DNA of 64,000 nucleotides from Bugula neritina. Its lineage: Eukaryota; Animalia; Bryozoa. Below, in pieces: positions 27,972 through 42,457 of this stretch (position 1 is the stretch's first letter; each line of letters opens with the position of its first letter). A program made the translations under genes and the position numbers. Location: positions 248,001-312,000 of the forward strand of contig OZ037766.1 of assembly GCA_964035545.1 (NCBI GenBank). Reading direction: 5' to 3'. The notes under the pieces were generated by a model. The model did no database searches and had not been told where the DNA came from. It worked only from the letters and a program-made list of their open reading frames with translations.

Positions 27972-28244
27972 CCCTGGACACACTCTGCCACATCGTAGGC
28001 CGTAACGTAAAATGTCAGCCATTTTAATATGTCCGACTGAAGTTCTCAAAGTGCGCTACTAGGTACGATCTATGAGACTTCATTTATATCCAATGAATTG
28101 ACGCGAATGTCTGCCTGTCCAATAGGAGCCAGCCACAACTTTTTTGAAACAAACAGTGCTCGATCCTAACGTACCACAACGCCGTACAAGAAACTCGAAC
28201 ACTCGCAAAAGTATGGCTGACATTTTATGTTATGTCAAAGTGTG
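27972..28244. mobile_element. Older MITE-like element predating the duplications (copy a)
   Basis: Imperfect IR CACACT..GTAACGTAAAATGTCAGCCAT / ATGGCTGACATTTTATGTTA..AAAGTGTG. Also present at 44613-44894 and 61181-61443. Confidence 0.6.
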
Positions 28245-28916
28245 GTATACCCTAAACATGGATAATTGGTAGGATTGGAGTTGTCTTTTACCAGCAAACA
28301 GCAATTCCCACACACTGGGACATATTCACACACAAACTACATAATATAGTTTCTGAGGCTCTTATTAAACTATTGAAGGAAAACTTGCTAAGAATAGCTG
28401 CAGTTCTATAATTTATTACAGTAACTCTTTTTATATACTATACTTATAAAACACATGATATCTGCAGGAATATTTGTTCTACTCTGTACCAGCCATTTAA
28501 ACTCACAAGTTATATACAGCTACTACTTGATAAGGAAGTAGCTAGACTCATGTTGAGCTGTAACACACTCATTATTTACCTCTCAAATAAAAGAGCTACT
28601 GTTGTAGAGAGAAATATTTATATTATTATGGCTAAGTAGGTAGATGAGTCATAAACCAGTCAGAAACAAGCAAACTTTTATTGAGTAAATATGACTACAG
28701 AGTAGTGACAGCATAGCAGAGTGAATATGTTACATAATAATTACTAATCAACAAAAAAAATACATATAAGCAGTGTAAGTCCTGTGGAATATATAATATT
28801 ATACTGAAGTATTATCACACTGTGAGTAGAACACAATATATTATATTTGACATGTACTATGTGTGTGTATTGATGACCTCACTGAGCTGATTATTAGTAA
28901 ACTGTAGCTGATAAGT

Positions 28917-31900
28917 TTAGTATTTTATTGTGTATCTCCTCAGTCCATCATCTCTACATCCTAGAAACACCTCATCTCTGTTATACACAGCAATGTCCAA
29001 CACCCAGTCACTCACACCAAGACTTTCTCTGGGAATTCTTACCAGCAGTTCACCTGTAAATAGAATAACACCAGATTGTATCAGTTTGAGACAAACAGAC
29101 AGACTACAGTGACATCACAACAGCTGACACAACTACATACGGTTTCTACTTTCTAGTATAATATAGTAACTGAAATATGTTCAATAATATACCTGCAGCT
29201 GCACTTCTACCAGTCAGTATTGAATAATTCACTGAGCTGCTCTACTCTTTACTTCATAATAAATGACAACATGGAGAGAAGAAACTCAACATACAAACTT
29301 AGTGCTCAGCTAATATAATTATAAATAATTACATAATATAAGATGTACTCCAACATTATCACATATTAAATACTTGACAAGAACCAACCACAGCCACCTG
29401 AGTCCCACCAGCAAACACTGCTCTACCAGCCATCATCAAATTACAATAGTCTCAGTAATGGCAGTCAAAAAGTATCAAATTATTTATCTTTAAATTATCT
29501 GATGACCAAAACAATAGCAGCACTAGACTGAAGTCAAACTACAACTCATAACTCATGTGTAGCTGGCAGTCTGTACAGTTGTTAGACTGAGCACCTCTAA
29601 AATTACTGTAAAACACTTCCATGAAATACCAACTATTGCCAGTACTAATTAGACATATAATATAGCCTATGAGTGGAAGTTGTTTACAGATAATAATAAG
29701 TTATCACAATATTGTATTAGAGCAGGGGGAGGGGGGGGGGGGCTGTCTAACTATTTCAGAGCAAAGGCCACTGAAATGGAATAATCTAGTAGGAAGGGCA
29801 TATTGTAAACTTTAGTGTAAGCTGCAGGTCACAGTATCAGTATTTTTCAAACTGCTTTATGCTAAACTCCTATGACTCATACATAATGAAGTCCTAATAG
29901 TTACTGCAGGCTGAATGTATGTAGTATGTGTATAAATATGGCATTTAAAATGTTGCTTCTCTACTCTAATTCATATACATGTGTAAAACAATGTTATGTG
30001 GGGTATACCTTTGAGGGGCACATAAATGTAGGCTGGGGGTCACAACCAGCCCTGGGGCCGCCTGTTGAACAGCACTGTATTAGAGTAACTAAACTTACTA
30101 TAATAGACACAGTATTTACCTTCAAGTGAGAGGATGAGGAGAGGTCCTAACCCTGTACAGATGTGAATCAGTTCCGATGTTGGATCAAAGGAAATACCAG
30201 TTGGTTCTGAGATGTGAGGGAATTCCCACATCAGAGTGAGAGTTGTGTTCTCCACTTTATATCTTCTCACTTTACCATCTTCAGTGAAGTCTCCTATGAG
30301 GAGAGTTGAGTCTGGGAGGATGCATACAGGTATAGGGTACTTCATCTCAGGAAGTGGGAACTTCTGTATTTTATTGTCAACTAGATTATAGACTACCAGC
30401 TGTTTCTCTCTGCAGTCTACAATATACACTAGAGAGAGGTGCTGAGCTAAACAATAGTGAGTCTGTTCATCTACTGAATGTTTGTACAGAGAGCGAGACT
30501 TCTTAAAGGAGTTCGGATCAAGAAGTGCGACTTCAGCTGATTTCTCCTTCTTGTTATAGCAGCTGCCAACCATCACCCCTTCAGGTTGGATTATCTCCAC
30601 CCACCATGTAGTGTTGGTGTCCTTCACTGAGCTGATAGTATCCAGAGTGTGTCTATTTATTACTTCTACACCTTCTGGTGTCCCACACATGAGATGTCCA
30701 TCAGCTGAGATGTTTACTCTCCCACACCTTCCACGTACAGGAAGTCCATCAAACTGTAGAGAAGCTGGTGGCTGCAGCAGCTTCAGTCCCAGACTGTCTT
30801 CACTGTCTGCAACAACAAAATAACAATTCTATAACTTAAGAATCTCATCACCTGCACAGGTAGAGAGTGTTTTGTTAATACTGACAGCAGGTAGTCAGCA
30901 TAACACAGTTTAGCAGCTCACTTATACATCATAAACTCTGAAACACTGCAGAAATGTCTCATAATGTGAGAGTAGAAATAACACAAGTTAATATTCTAAT
31001 CACTAATGAATATCGACATAAAATACACAAACTTAATTTTTTACTTGTCAGCTTCCAAAGCTGAACTATTTGAGAAAAAAAGCTTATCAAAACCTGCAAG
31101 TGGAAAGCTGTGAATAAATTCTGAATTTGTGGTGATGAATTCTGTTTAATAATTCTACATACTTGCAGATGCCAGGAATTTGCGAGGAACAGAACATTTC
31201 TCTATCATGCTGATGTCTAAAGCCTTTTCTATCTTCTCACTCATCTCTTTGTAGTCTCTCACAATGCCTGCATCATTGAACTTATCAACTGCATGTTGTA
31301 CTCTGTCCACCAGAGACAACTTATCAACACCATGTTTCACTGCCAGGTCATATCTATAATTAACCACCATCTCTGTGCTGCTTCTCAGATATTCTGATAA
31401 TTCATCCTTCAGTTCCTCACCTCTCTTTCTAATCTCTTCTATCTAATAAATAGTAACACATTATAACCACATCTGCACCTCACAACCTCTACACTTGACA
31501 TGAGAGTGACAGCTGACAGACCACCCACTGAGTAGACACACAGTGACTCAGTCATGTGACACTCTATACACAGTAGACTGCTAGTACATCACGTGACTAG
31601 TCTCCTCCTCCTTCCTGTCAATCACTCACACAGCCAACCTCCCTGTGTGAGTGATTGACAGTTGCAGAAGGATGAGTGAGTCACCTGTATTGACAGGTTC
31701 ACCTGCACTGAGTGTCACGTGATGAATGACTACTGCTACTTGTACACAGAATGGTGATGGTTTAATGGCTGCCGATTTCTGAGTACATATGAAGTTTTGT
31801 ACTGCAGCATAACATTAGAGAATTAACACATAGTATGAAGTCTTCCTTACAATAGCTATACATATTATAATAAATACATAGTTTCTTGGAATGGGAGAAA

Positions 31901-33390
31901 CATTACGTAATAGTTATCTATATTCTCTACAAACATGTCTGCCAACCTTTGCATTAACTGTAGCATATACTCTGGCAAACATCTTCTTCACATCATCTTC
32001 TATTTCACTCAGCTGTCTCCAGGCATCCTTTGAGATGTCATCCAACTCTGAAATCTTCTCAGACAGAATCTTCATTTCCTCAGTCAGTTTGTCTCTCAGC
32101 TCACGGGATAAATCATTCAACGATGTTACGTTGTGAGAAGCTGCTTTTCTCTCTGAAATAATATTCAAGTATTTACCTCAAGACATTCAGTGTATCGTTA
32201 CCTTAGACTGAGTTCTATTCATGTGGCTACACAGGAACACATGCTATTCTCATTTAAACTAAGATATGCTTTCTCAAACTTGGTGGATGTTATAAACAGC
32301 CAAAGTTAGAAAAGTGAAAGAATGAAATCACCTGCCACTTTTCCACATCCTCTCTTAGAGTCACACCGAATACAGAATCTCTGGTGACACCGAGAACACG
32401 CCTCCATCAGCTGATGGTGTTCATGATGTTCACAGTTAGTAACGGAGTAACGCTGTGGAGATGCTGTGTAGAGGTCAATGGGAACAAACTGGTGTGTAGT
32501 GTTCATGTAAGTCTTCAAGTGTGTTTCATGGTTCTGACAACAGAAAACATGGTTGAATCATGAATCACAGCTAGTAGGTTGGTGCTTGCATATAAGTTAC
32601 TGATAGTCAGGTTGACAGTACTAGATGGTATATAATGTAAGGTGATAACAGCAGCACAGAGGACTGTGTGCTGTACTATACACACCGACAGACACACAGA
32701 CATACAGCCATGACATATCTCTGTCTTTCCTGAGACTAGAAGAGAATTCTACAGTATAACTCATCAGTATGTCCCGTACTAGTAGCTACAGTCAACACAC
32801 AACTCACCTGCTGATGCTGTTCACACAACTTCTTCTCACTCTCTACACAGAAGACTACAGCTTCTGTTCCATCCTCACACACATCACAGAGAATGGGTGG
32901 AGGTTTGGGAGGAGCTTTGTATTCTAGAACATCACCCAGCTTAGCCACTGGTAGAGTTGTGGGATCCGTGATGTCATAGAATTCCTTACTGCAAACAAAA
33001 TTTCATAGAAGTTGTATTCATTAAATGTTTCACCAACAAGTTTTTTTAGCTTCAGCGTACCTTAATTTTGACATAGTTTGTCCAACAATTCAATACAGCA
33101 ATTAGTAATATACAAATCTAATCACTTGTTCAGAGAATTGATTACTGTGTTACATATTGGAAATTATAAACAGTAAGTTATATTGTTTGTGGGCTGACAG
33201 TAACTCACCCACAATATGCACACTTGATGTGATCTTTCCTGTAGCCAATATCTGTCTGCAAACACCTCATACAGTAGACATGTAGACAGGGCAGGGTTCT
33301 GGGATCTCCTAAATTGTTGAACTGCTGGTTGCAGTATCCACATCTGTATGAGTCATTGAGCTTTCTCTTGATTATTCTAGAATCTGCCAT
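28917..33390 (-). CDS. TRIM-NHL-like E3 ligase, copy 3, type B, complete (~624 aa)
   Basis: Exons 33390-33209, 32988-32808, 32533-32332, 32152-31947, 31442-31163, 30806-30120, 29053-28917. Intron phases match type A and the frame is open. Confidence 0.92.
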
Positions 33391-33662
33391 TCTGAGTTGG
33401 AAAAAAAACCTAAAATATTGTATAAAATACTAGCATTCATTTTGATTACTAGAAAATTGTTGGTTATCTACTTTTCAACTCAAGAATTACACTTTGCAAA
33501 TGCAAAAGTTATAAAATATCAATTACAATTTTAATGTATTTTAATATTAATGCATCTGCGTGCTACATAATAATATGAAAATAGCAGTCTATTATGATAT
33601 TATTTGAAATGATAGTAGAATAAAAGTAACTTACAATAATAAAATATAATTTACAAACTTAC

Positions 33663-33930
33663 TAGTTTCGGCTCTGCTATGGAAGATGTCGGTTGAAAGG
33701 TGATCTCTGCGCGAGTGTAGACAGTGCAGCTGTATTGAAACAGACTGCTAAGTCACGTGACAACTTTAACCAAGAATCAACATTTGATTGGATAAACTAA
33801 ATAACGAGTAAGTAAATAAGTAAGTAGTTAAAAGACCACAATTCTCAGTCCCCCATTAACAAACATGGTTAATTTGATTAGTCAATGTGACCACACACTC
33901 TGATTATGACACGGACACGCCCACCATATA
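33663..33930 (-). promoter_or_regulatory. Putative non-coding first exon and promoter of TRIM copy 3 (type B)
   Basis: Donor GTAAGT at 33662, palindromic GTCACGTGAC at ~33752, ATTGG at ~33786, and a CACGCCCAC GC-box at ~33916. Confidence 0.5.
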
Positions 33931-35674
33931 ATTCCATAAGAACACTCATCTTTCAAATAATAATATATCTACTGAACTAAAATATGATATCTATTCAGAT
34001 GTAATGAGGTTTTTAAACTGGAAATTCACAAAAGAAGTTTTGTATTGAAGCTTGCTCTTCAGGCTTTTACAAATGATCACACCTGGTATCTATTATGACA
34101 AGGAAGTCCATTTTCTATGATATTTCATATTCCCTGCAGTATTAGATATAAACTGTTTGATTGAGTGTCGTGACATGGAAAGAATCTGTGGTACTGAGAC
34201 TGAGTTCTAGAGAGAATCTCTGTGGTACTACAGACACGTGACTGTATATATAATGCTAGAATGAAGGCAGCTCATTTCTATACTACATCTTCAACTGAGG
34301 GGAAGTACCTACACGTGTTGTAGTGTGTAGATACATGTGGGCTGTCAGGTGACCCACCCTGAGTATTGTAGAAATAGTCAATATAACTCTAGACTACATT
34401 ATATCACATGAGAATGTTTATCTCAAATATTATATATTTATATTTAACAAGTGACAAACATGAAGATAACAGCACAGAAATATTCCTCCTCTATTTACTT
34501 AATCTAAAACTTAGTAACACAGTATATAAAACACACCCCTTCACCTTGGACTTTAACCTTTATCTGGTACATTTATCAGCTAAATAGTGTTTGTATAATA
34601 CTTCATAATGCAGCTTTAGATAACAATATTTCCCATCAGTTTTGTTTTACAGATAAAAAGTTTCCATCACACCCGCTGCCCATGTCTTTGAGCTGACTTA
34701 CAGTCACAGTAACTATTGCTGACTATTCACTATGATTGACTCACTCAGTAATATTTCACAGTCAAGTCCCCACTATATCAATGTTGGTGTAGCTAATGTA
34801 CACATCTTAGAGTGTCAACTAACTCACTACTCTATCAAATGTTACTCCATCTAACAGTTGATGTTGTCTCCCCCTTCAGCATTCTCACTGTATGAGTCAT
34901 GGGGTAATATGGACACTGCTTTACCAGATTGACACAAACACTACATAAATGAGCTTAGAGCTTAGAGCAAGGCAGAAAATACTTTACTGTTGTCTTATTG
35001 GTTAGAATATTCCACTTCCTAGCAGCAGCTGAGTAGAATAATAGGCAGCAGGTAAGGTAGCTGACTTTAACCTCTAGTCTGGAAGGGAGAGTAAAGTGGT
35101 ACATGATTATATACAAGAGTTGGACTGTGTGAGACATCATTAAGTATAGAGTAATACTTGAGTGACCAAACTACTCTGGAATATGTCAAACTGTATTATA
35201 TTTATAGTTATGCTAATAAAAGAGTGTAAATATTTAAGTTACATGCAAGTAATGAGATATTTTATCTACAAAACAAGTTCTTTCTCTAAGGTGTTGTCAA
35301 CCAGAAAAGGTTGGCACTAAAATATGTTAATTTGTCACTTTAATGTAATTACCATTATCTTTATAATATTTATAATTATACCAATAAATCTCTTGAAATA
35401 TTTAATCTGCACTCAAGTGTTTAGGATATTTTATCACAAAACAAACAAGTTTCTTTCTCTAAAGTGTTAGCAGCCATTAAAAGGTTGACACTAAAATATG
35501 TTAAGTAGCTGCTACCCCAGAGTGAATATATTATGCATTATCTTTATTATATTGATATTACTTATTAGACATTGCTCAATAACAAGGAGTCACGTGGTAC
35601 TACTATCAGAGTGAGGTTTAGTTATTTCCTGTCTCTGTTATTAGTTGTCATGGAAACTGGGTTTGAGACAAACT

Positions 35675-36205
35675 TACTTAGTGGGTGGTCACATGATTAC
35701 TTAGTGGGTGGTCACATGATTACTTAGTGGGTGGTCACTTGATTACTTAGTGGGTGGTCACATGATTACTTAGTGGATGGTCACATGATTACTTAGTGGG
35801 TGGTCACATGATTACTTAGTGGATGGTCACATGATTACTTAGTGGGTGGTCACATGATTACTTAGTGGATGGTCACATGATTACTTAGTGGGTGGTCACA
35901 TGATTACTTAGTGGATGGTCACATGATTACTTAGTGGGTGGTCACATGATTACTTAGTGGGTGGTCACTTGATTACTTAGTGGGTGGTCACATGATTACT
36001 TAGTGGGTGGTCACATGATTACTTAGTGGATGGTCACATGATTACTTAGTGGGTGGTCACATGATTACTTAGTGGGTGGTCACTTGATTACTTAGTGGGT
36101 GGTCACATGATTACTTAGTGGATGGTCACTTGATTACTTAGTGGGTGGTCACATGATTACTTAGTGGGTGGTCACATGATTACTTAGTGGGTGGTCACTT
36201 GATTA
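35675..36205. repeat. 23-bp VNTR, ~23 copies
   Basis: Same unit, with GGAT and CACTT variants. Confidence 0.95.
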
Positions 36206-38575
36206 TTTCTCAGAGTAACAGCTTCTTGCACTCACTTTAGACACAGTGAATATAGGAGACAACTCCTAGCTTTTAATGTACATTGGAAAACTTTTACATC
36301 AGCTAATAGATCCCACATTATAGTTGGTAATAGTTAGCAGACCAAGTGTTAGATATTTACAGTGTCTGTCACTATCAAGCTATGAGAACCACCTGCTGTA
36401 TACATGTCAACAAAGTGACACATGTCAACTGGTGTGACAGGTACAGCAACTGTCATTAATGTAGTAATTAAATAACAATAAACTGAAAAAAGAATAAATT
36501 ATACAGTGCAACAAAACTTATTAGTGGTTATTTCCACTTAGACAATCATAACACTAATAATACTATACAAATATCCAGCCAATAATTGGCCAATAGTGTT
36601 TAACTATTGACCTCTTAGTGGTAAATTCTTGTTACTGTATTGTCTATAATCAAGTTGATGTACAGAGATACTTTAGCAAGTGATGATAACTCCAACATAC
36701 TCTTTCTCAGTAGGTACATCCCATCTAAAATCAACACACAAGTATTATCTACTGACATACTAGTGGAACATAGGTGGGCGGAGCTTATAGAATCCCTGGC
36801 AGTCACATTTATATAGTAATAATATCTACAGCAGATAGTTTCATTTGTTTTCTCATTTAGCAGCATGCATAGCGTGTGTTCTAAACATTTAAGTCAGCTT
36901 AGTGATTATTCTGCAGCAGCAAAGAATAGCAAGCAATAAAAACCAGAAACCGGCAACCTTGCCTTCATAAGAGCTAGAAGTACACGCCCATTACCATATC
37001 CGTTTCCGCTCTTTAATGTTTACCCGTGCATTATCAGTTGGAATTACTTTTTAAAAGGTGACTATGAGTATGAAATATTCTTTTTTAACTTTTTATAGTT
37101 ATACTATTTGTCGCCGGATAATAATAAAACTGAAGATTAACTTGTATATTAGGAACTAGTGCTTTTTGATTTTTCAATGTTATAATTATAGAGTTATAGT
37201 TATACTTTCACTAACTAATAACTTAGTCTTATACTAATACTTATACTTGTAACTTAATTACTTATAAGTTATACTAATACTTACCGTCTTATAGTTATAC
37301 TAACTTAGACTTACTCCTAATCTTAGAGTTAGTAGTGGTACTTTGCTATTTAGTGTTACTTTTCAATCCTGCATTCATGACCAGAGACCTAAATTGCCTA
37401 ATCATTTATGGCTTATGGTTACTGTTGTTGTGATGGAATTATTCAAATTCACATTCTTAATTCTATCTCTTTTGAAGTCTTTGATTCCAACTTTCATTCC
37501 ATTAATATTTTATTCGGATGCAGTCTGAAGATAATTATTATCATAAGGATATACACACTAACTTCTGTTGTCTGTAACAATTACTAGGTTTGCTATAATA
37601 TTAATTACATTTTGATTTTCGTCTACCAGACACCGTTACAGCTGCCATTAATATCAACTTCAAAGCTGACCTACAGCTACGTGGCTTTATCTTTATTTGG
37701 AGATGCAGTGACCCTTGTAACTACAGCAACCTATCCTGAGCTAGCTGACGTGGACCTAACCGGCAGGAAGTCTTGCTACATCCAACAGCTATCCTAAGTC
37801 ACTCCTCTGTAAGACCCAGCTTCAGGTAGACGTACCAGAACAAAAGGAGTCATCTACAAGGTAATTACTATAAGTTATATGCATATAATACTGTTATAGT
37901 AAACCACTCAGTGCTTAGCTATATTATTATACACTATACAGTCAGTTGTACATTGATACCTCAGTTTCACGTTACAGTACTGTCAGTGTCATGGTATCTT
38001 ATTTATGATTATCATAATATTATTATTAATAGGATCATGTTATAACTTAGAGGCTTTCTCTAGTAGTTATCATGAAAAAAAATTATCAACCTTCTATACT
38101 GTTTTTAGGTTCTTCATAATCTTTGCCAATAGCTAAACTGAATATTCAAATTAACATAGCAGTCTATATGCGTTGACTTTGAGATTGAGACCCAATGATT
38201 ACATTTAATGTCTTCATGAATGTTAAACACCCCAGTTCCGTACCTTTTCAACAACTACATAGGCCCTGAAAGTAAGTTTGAATAATTTGAGGCAATTCTC
38301 AGCTTTAAAATAGAAACTATAGCAAGCACAGCTACGAATACACAGAGGTACAACCCACCCTTTCTAATCAATAGTAACTGATTAGAGACTTACCTTATTG
38401 TTTGTTGTCTAGGAGTTTATGTCTACAGTGGTGAGGAGAGGGGAGTTGAGTCATAGCAGTAAAACAGTGAAGTCAAATTCTGTAGACAGACACCAAGAGT
38501 ACCTGCACTTTCTAGTCACCATAGACAAGGAGAAGACAACTTGTGATTCATTGGCATGCGTCTGTCAAACATGAT

Positions 38576-39981
38576 AATGTAAGTTACTGAATTATATGTA
38601 CTCTTAGTATGATACTGTAAGTTACTGAATTATATATACTCGTAGTATGATAATGTAAGTTACTGAATTATATGTACTCTTAGTATGATAATGTAAGTTA
38701 CTGAATTATATGTACTCTTAGTATTATAATGTAAGTTACTGAATTATATGTACTCTTAGTATTATAATGTAAGTTACTGAATTATATGTACTCTTAGTAT
38801 TATAATGTAAGTTACTGAATTATATGTACTCTTAGTATTATAATGTAAGTTACTGAATTATATATACTCTTAGTATTATAATGTAAGTTACTGAATTATA
38901 TGTACTCTTAGTATTATAATGTAAGTTACTGAATTATATGTACTCTTAGTATTATAATGTAAGTTACTGAATTATATATACTCTTAGTATGATAATGTAA
39001 GTTACTGAATTATATGTACTCTTAGTATTATAATGTAAGTTACTGAATTATATATACTCGTAGTATGATAATGTAAGTTACTGAATTATATATACTCTTA
39101 GTATGATAATGTAAGTTACTGAATTATATTAACTCTTAGTATGATAATGTAAGTTACTGAATTATATATACTCTTAGTATTATAATGTAAGTTACTGAAT
39201 TATATGTACTCTCAGTATGATAATGTAAGTTACTGAATTATATATACTCTTAGTATGACAATGTAAGTTACTGCATTATATGTACTCTCAGTATGATAAT
39301 GTAAGTTACTGAATTATATGTACTCTTAGTATGATAATGTAAGTTACTGAATTATATGCACTCTCAGTATGATAATGTAAGTTACTGAATTATATATACT
39401 CTTAGTATGATAATGTAAGTTACTGAATTATATGTACTCTTAGTATGATAATGTAAGTTACTGAATTATATATACTCTTAGTATGATAATGTAAGTTACT
39501 GAATTATATATACTCTTAGTATGATAATGTAAGTTACTGAATTATATGTACTCTTAGTATGATAATGTAAGTTACTGAATTATATGTACTCTTAGTATGG
39601 TAATGTAAGTTACTGAATTATATATACTCTTAGTATGATAATGTAAGTTGCTGAATTATATGTACTCTTAGTATGATAATATAAGTTACTGAATTATATA
39701 TACTCTTAGTATGATAATGTAAGTTACTGAATTATATATACTCTTAGTATGATAATGTAAGTTACTGAATTATATGTACTCTTAGTATGATAATGTAAGT
39801 TACTGAATTATATATACTCTTAGTATGATAATGTAAGTTACTGAATTATATTTACTCTTAGTATGATAATGTAAGTTACTGAATTATATATACTCTTAGT
39901 ATGATAGTGTAAGTTACTGAATTATATATACTCTTAGTATGATAATGTAAGTTACTGAATTATATGTACTCTTAGTATGAT
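38576..39981. repeat. 38-bp VNTR, ~37 copies
   Basis: Same unit. Confidence 0.95.
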
Positions 39982-41486
39982 ATCACAATATAGAAAGTAT
40001 TAGTCTTCCTGCATACATTCACAGTAGACAAGACACAATCATTATATATTTAAATTATTAATTATTATTATTACTTATTATCATTATGATATGACTTAAA
40101 ATATGAGTATCAGTATGAATGTAATATAATTTAATCATTAGTTCATAATATAATAATTCTGAAAGTTTATCAATACTGGTGCCGGTGGAATAGTAGTACA
40201 CTTAGACGTGTTATAACCTGCTCTCTAATGTTAGTGGTAATACCCGCAGACAGTGACTGTATGCACACAACTTGTGGCTCTCACTTAGACTATAGTCCAT
40301 ATTCAAGCTAACTATTTTTATATCGGTCTTAGACTCTACAAAATCCTGTTGGGTGTTGGCAAGTAATGTCAACGAATATATCAAATGATGGTGTCCAAAG
40401 CTTAGCTTAGCAATGTGGGGGGAGTCTCTATTAAATCAGAAAGAAGGTTGAGTAGTAAGCTTGCTGACATATTAAAAAGAGCATATCTAGCATGTATCAG
40501 AAAAATAGATGTCACAATATAGACGGCATCATCTCAGGTTAAGTGGATATTTTATCTTCCTGCATATATTCACAGTAGACAAGACACAACCATGTTGGTC
40601 AGAATCACCACAGTTCAGACTTTCTAAGGATACAAATAGCAGGGTGGTAGAACAGCTTCTATCAGTACTTGTCAACTGAGATATCTTTTCCTATATTAAC
40701 TCAGTGTTATTGTTGAGGTATTATAAGACAAGAATTTGTAGGTTCTTAGAGATGTTCCGAAAGCACGGAGAGAAATACAGCTACACTCGAGAGCGTCTTC
40801 CTGCAGACATATTGTGTCTATAATAGACGTGTACGAGAATGTATACGGTGGTAACAGGTGTCTGCTCGTTGTCATGGAATGGTAGGCTGGTGTTTACTCA
40901 GTTTCTTGTTTCTATTGGTCAATGAAATGATTTTTAACGATAATATTGATCTACATGTATGTGAAGAACGTATGAACTTTGAACTTTCAAGCCAGTTCAA
41001 TGGTTAAGCTGTGTAAGAATAACCTGCAATGAAAGTCATCAATAAATGATATTATGGTAACAGATGTAGTAACTATGGTAACAGATGTGGTAACTAGGGT
41101 AACAAGTGTGGTAACTATAGTAACATTTGTGGTAACTATGGTAACAGATGTGGTGATGTAATGCTATGTGTAGTTTTCCTTTGTATTTCCAGCATGGAAG
41201 GTGGGGAGTTGTTCACTTCTATTCAAGCATGAGCAGACAATGCCTTCACTGAGAGAGGTGAGATTATCTTCCCTTTGTTACTATTAGACTGGCTGTTATA
41301 GTAGCAGCAGTAGTGGTACTGGTAGTAGTATTCATTAGAATACACTGTATCTTCTAGTCATATATAACACATGTTTTGTGTTGTAGAAGCAGCTGCTATT
41401 ATGAGGGACATTGTGGAGGCCATAGCATTTCTACACCATCTAGACATTGCTCACAGAGACTTGAAGGTTATACTTCTCTCTCTCTC

Positions 41487-41740
41487 TCTATCACTAACTC
41501 TATCACTAACTCTCTCACTAACTCTATCACTCACTCTAGTACTAACTCTATCACTAACTCTATCACTAACTCTCTCACTAACTCTATCACTAACTCTAGT
41601 ACTAACTATCACTAACTCTCTTCACTAACTCTCTCACTAACTCTCACTAACTCTCTCACTAACTATATCACTCACTCTACCACTAACTCTATCACTAACT
41701 CTAGTACTAATTCTATTCACTAACTCTAGTACTAATTCTA
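41487..41740. repeat. 12-bp intronic minisatellite in MK2 copy b
   Basis: Same unit, shorter array. Confidence 0.95.
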
Positions 41741-41785
41741 TTTACTCGTATACATGATAATTAATTTCTACTGTGTGTCTTGTAG

Positions 41786-41917
<132 letters not shown>

Positions 41918-42043
41918 TAGGGAATAGGGCTATACATGTGTAGTTAGTACTAGTCAAGACTCTATCTGCTGAAGCACTGGACCTTCAAGTCATGTCAAAT
42001 TATGCTACACTGGAGAATTATTGACACAAAACTGTCATAACTG

Positions 42044-42457
<414 letters not shown>

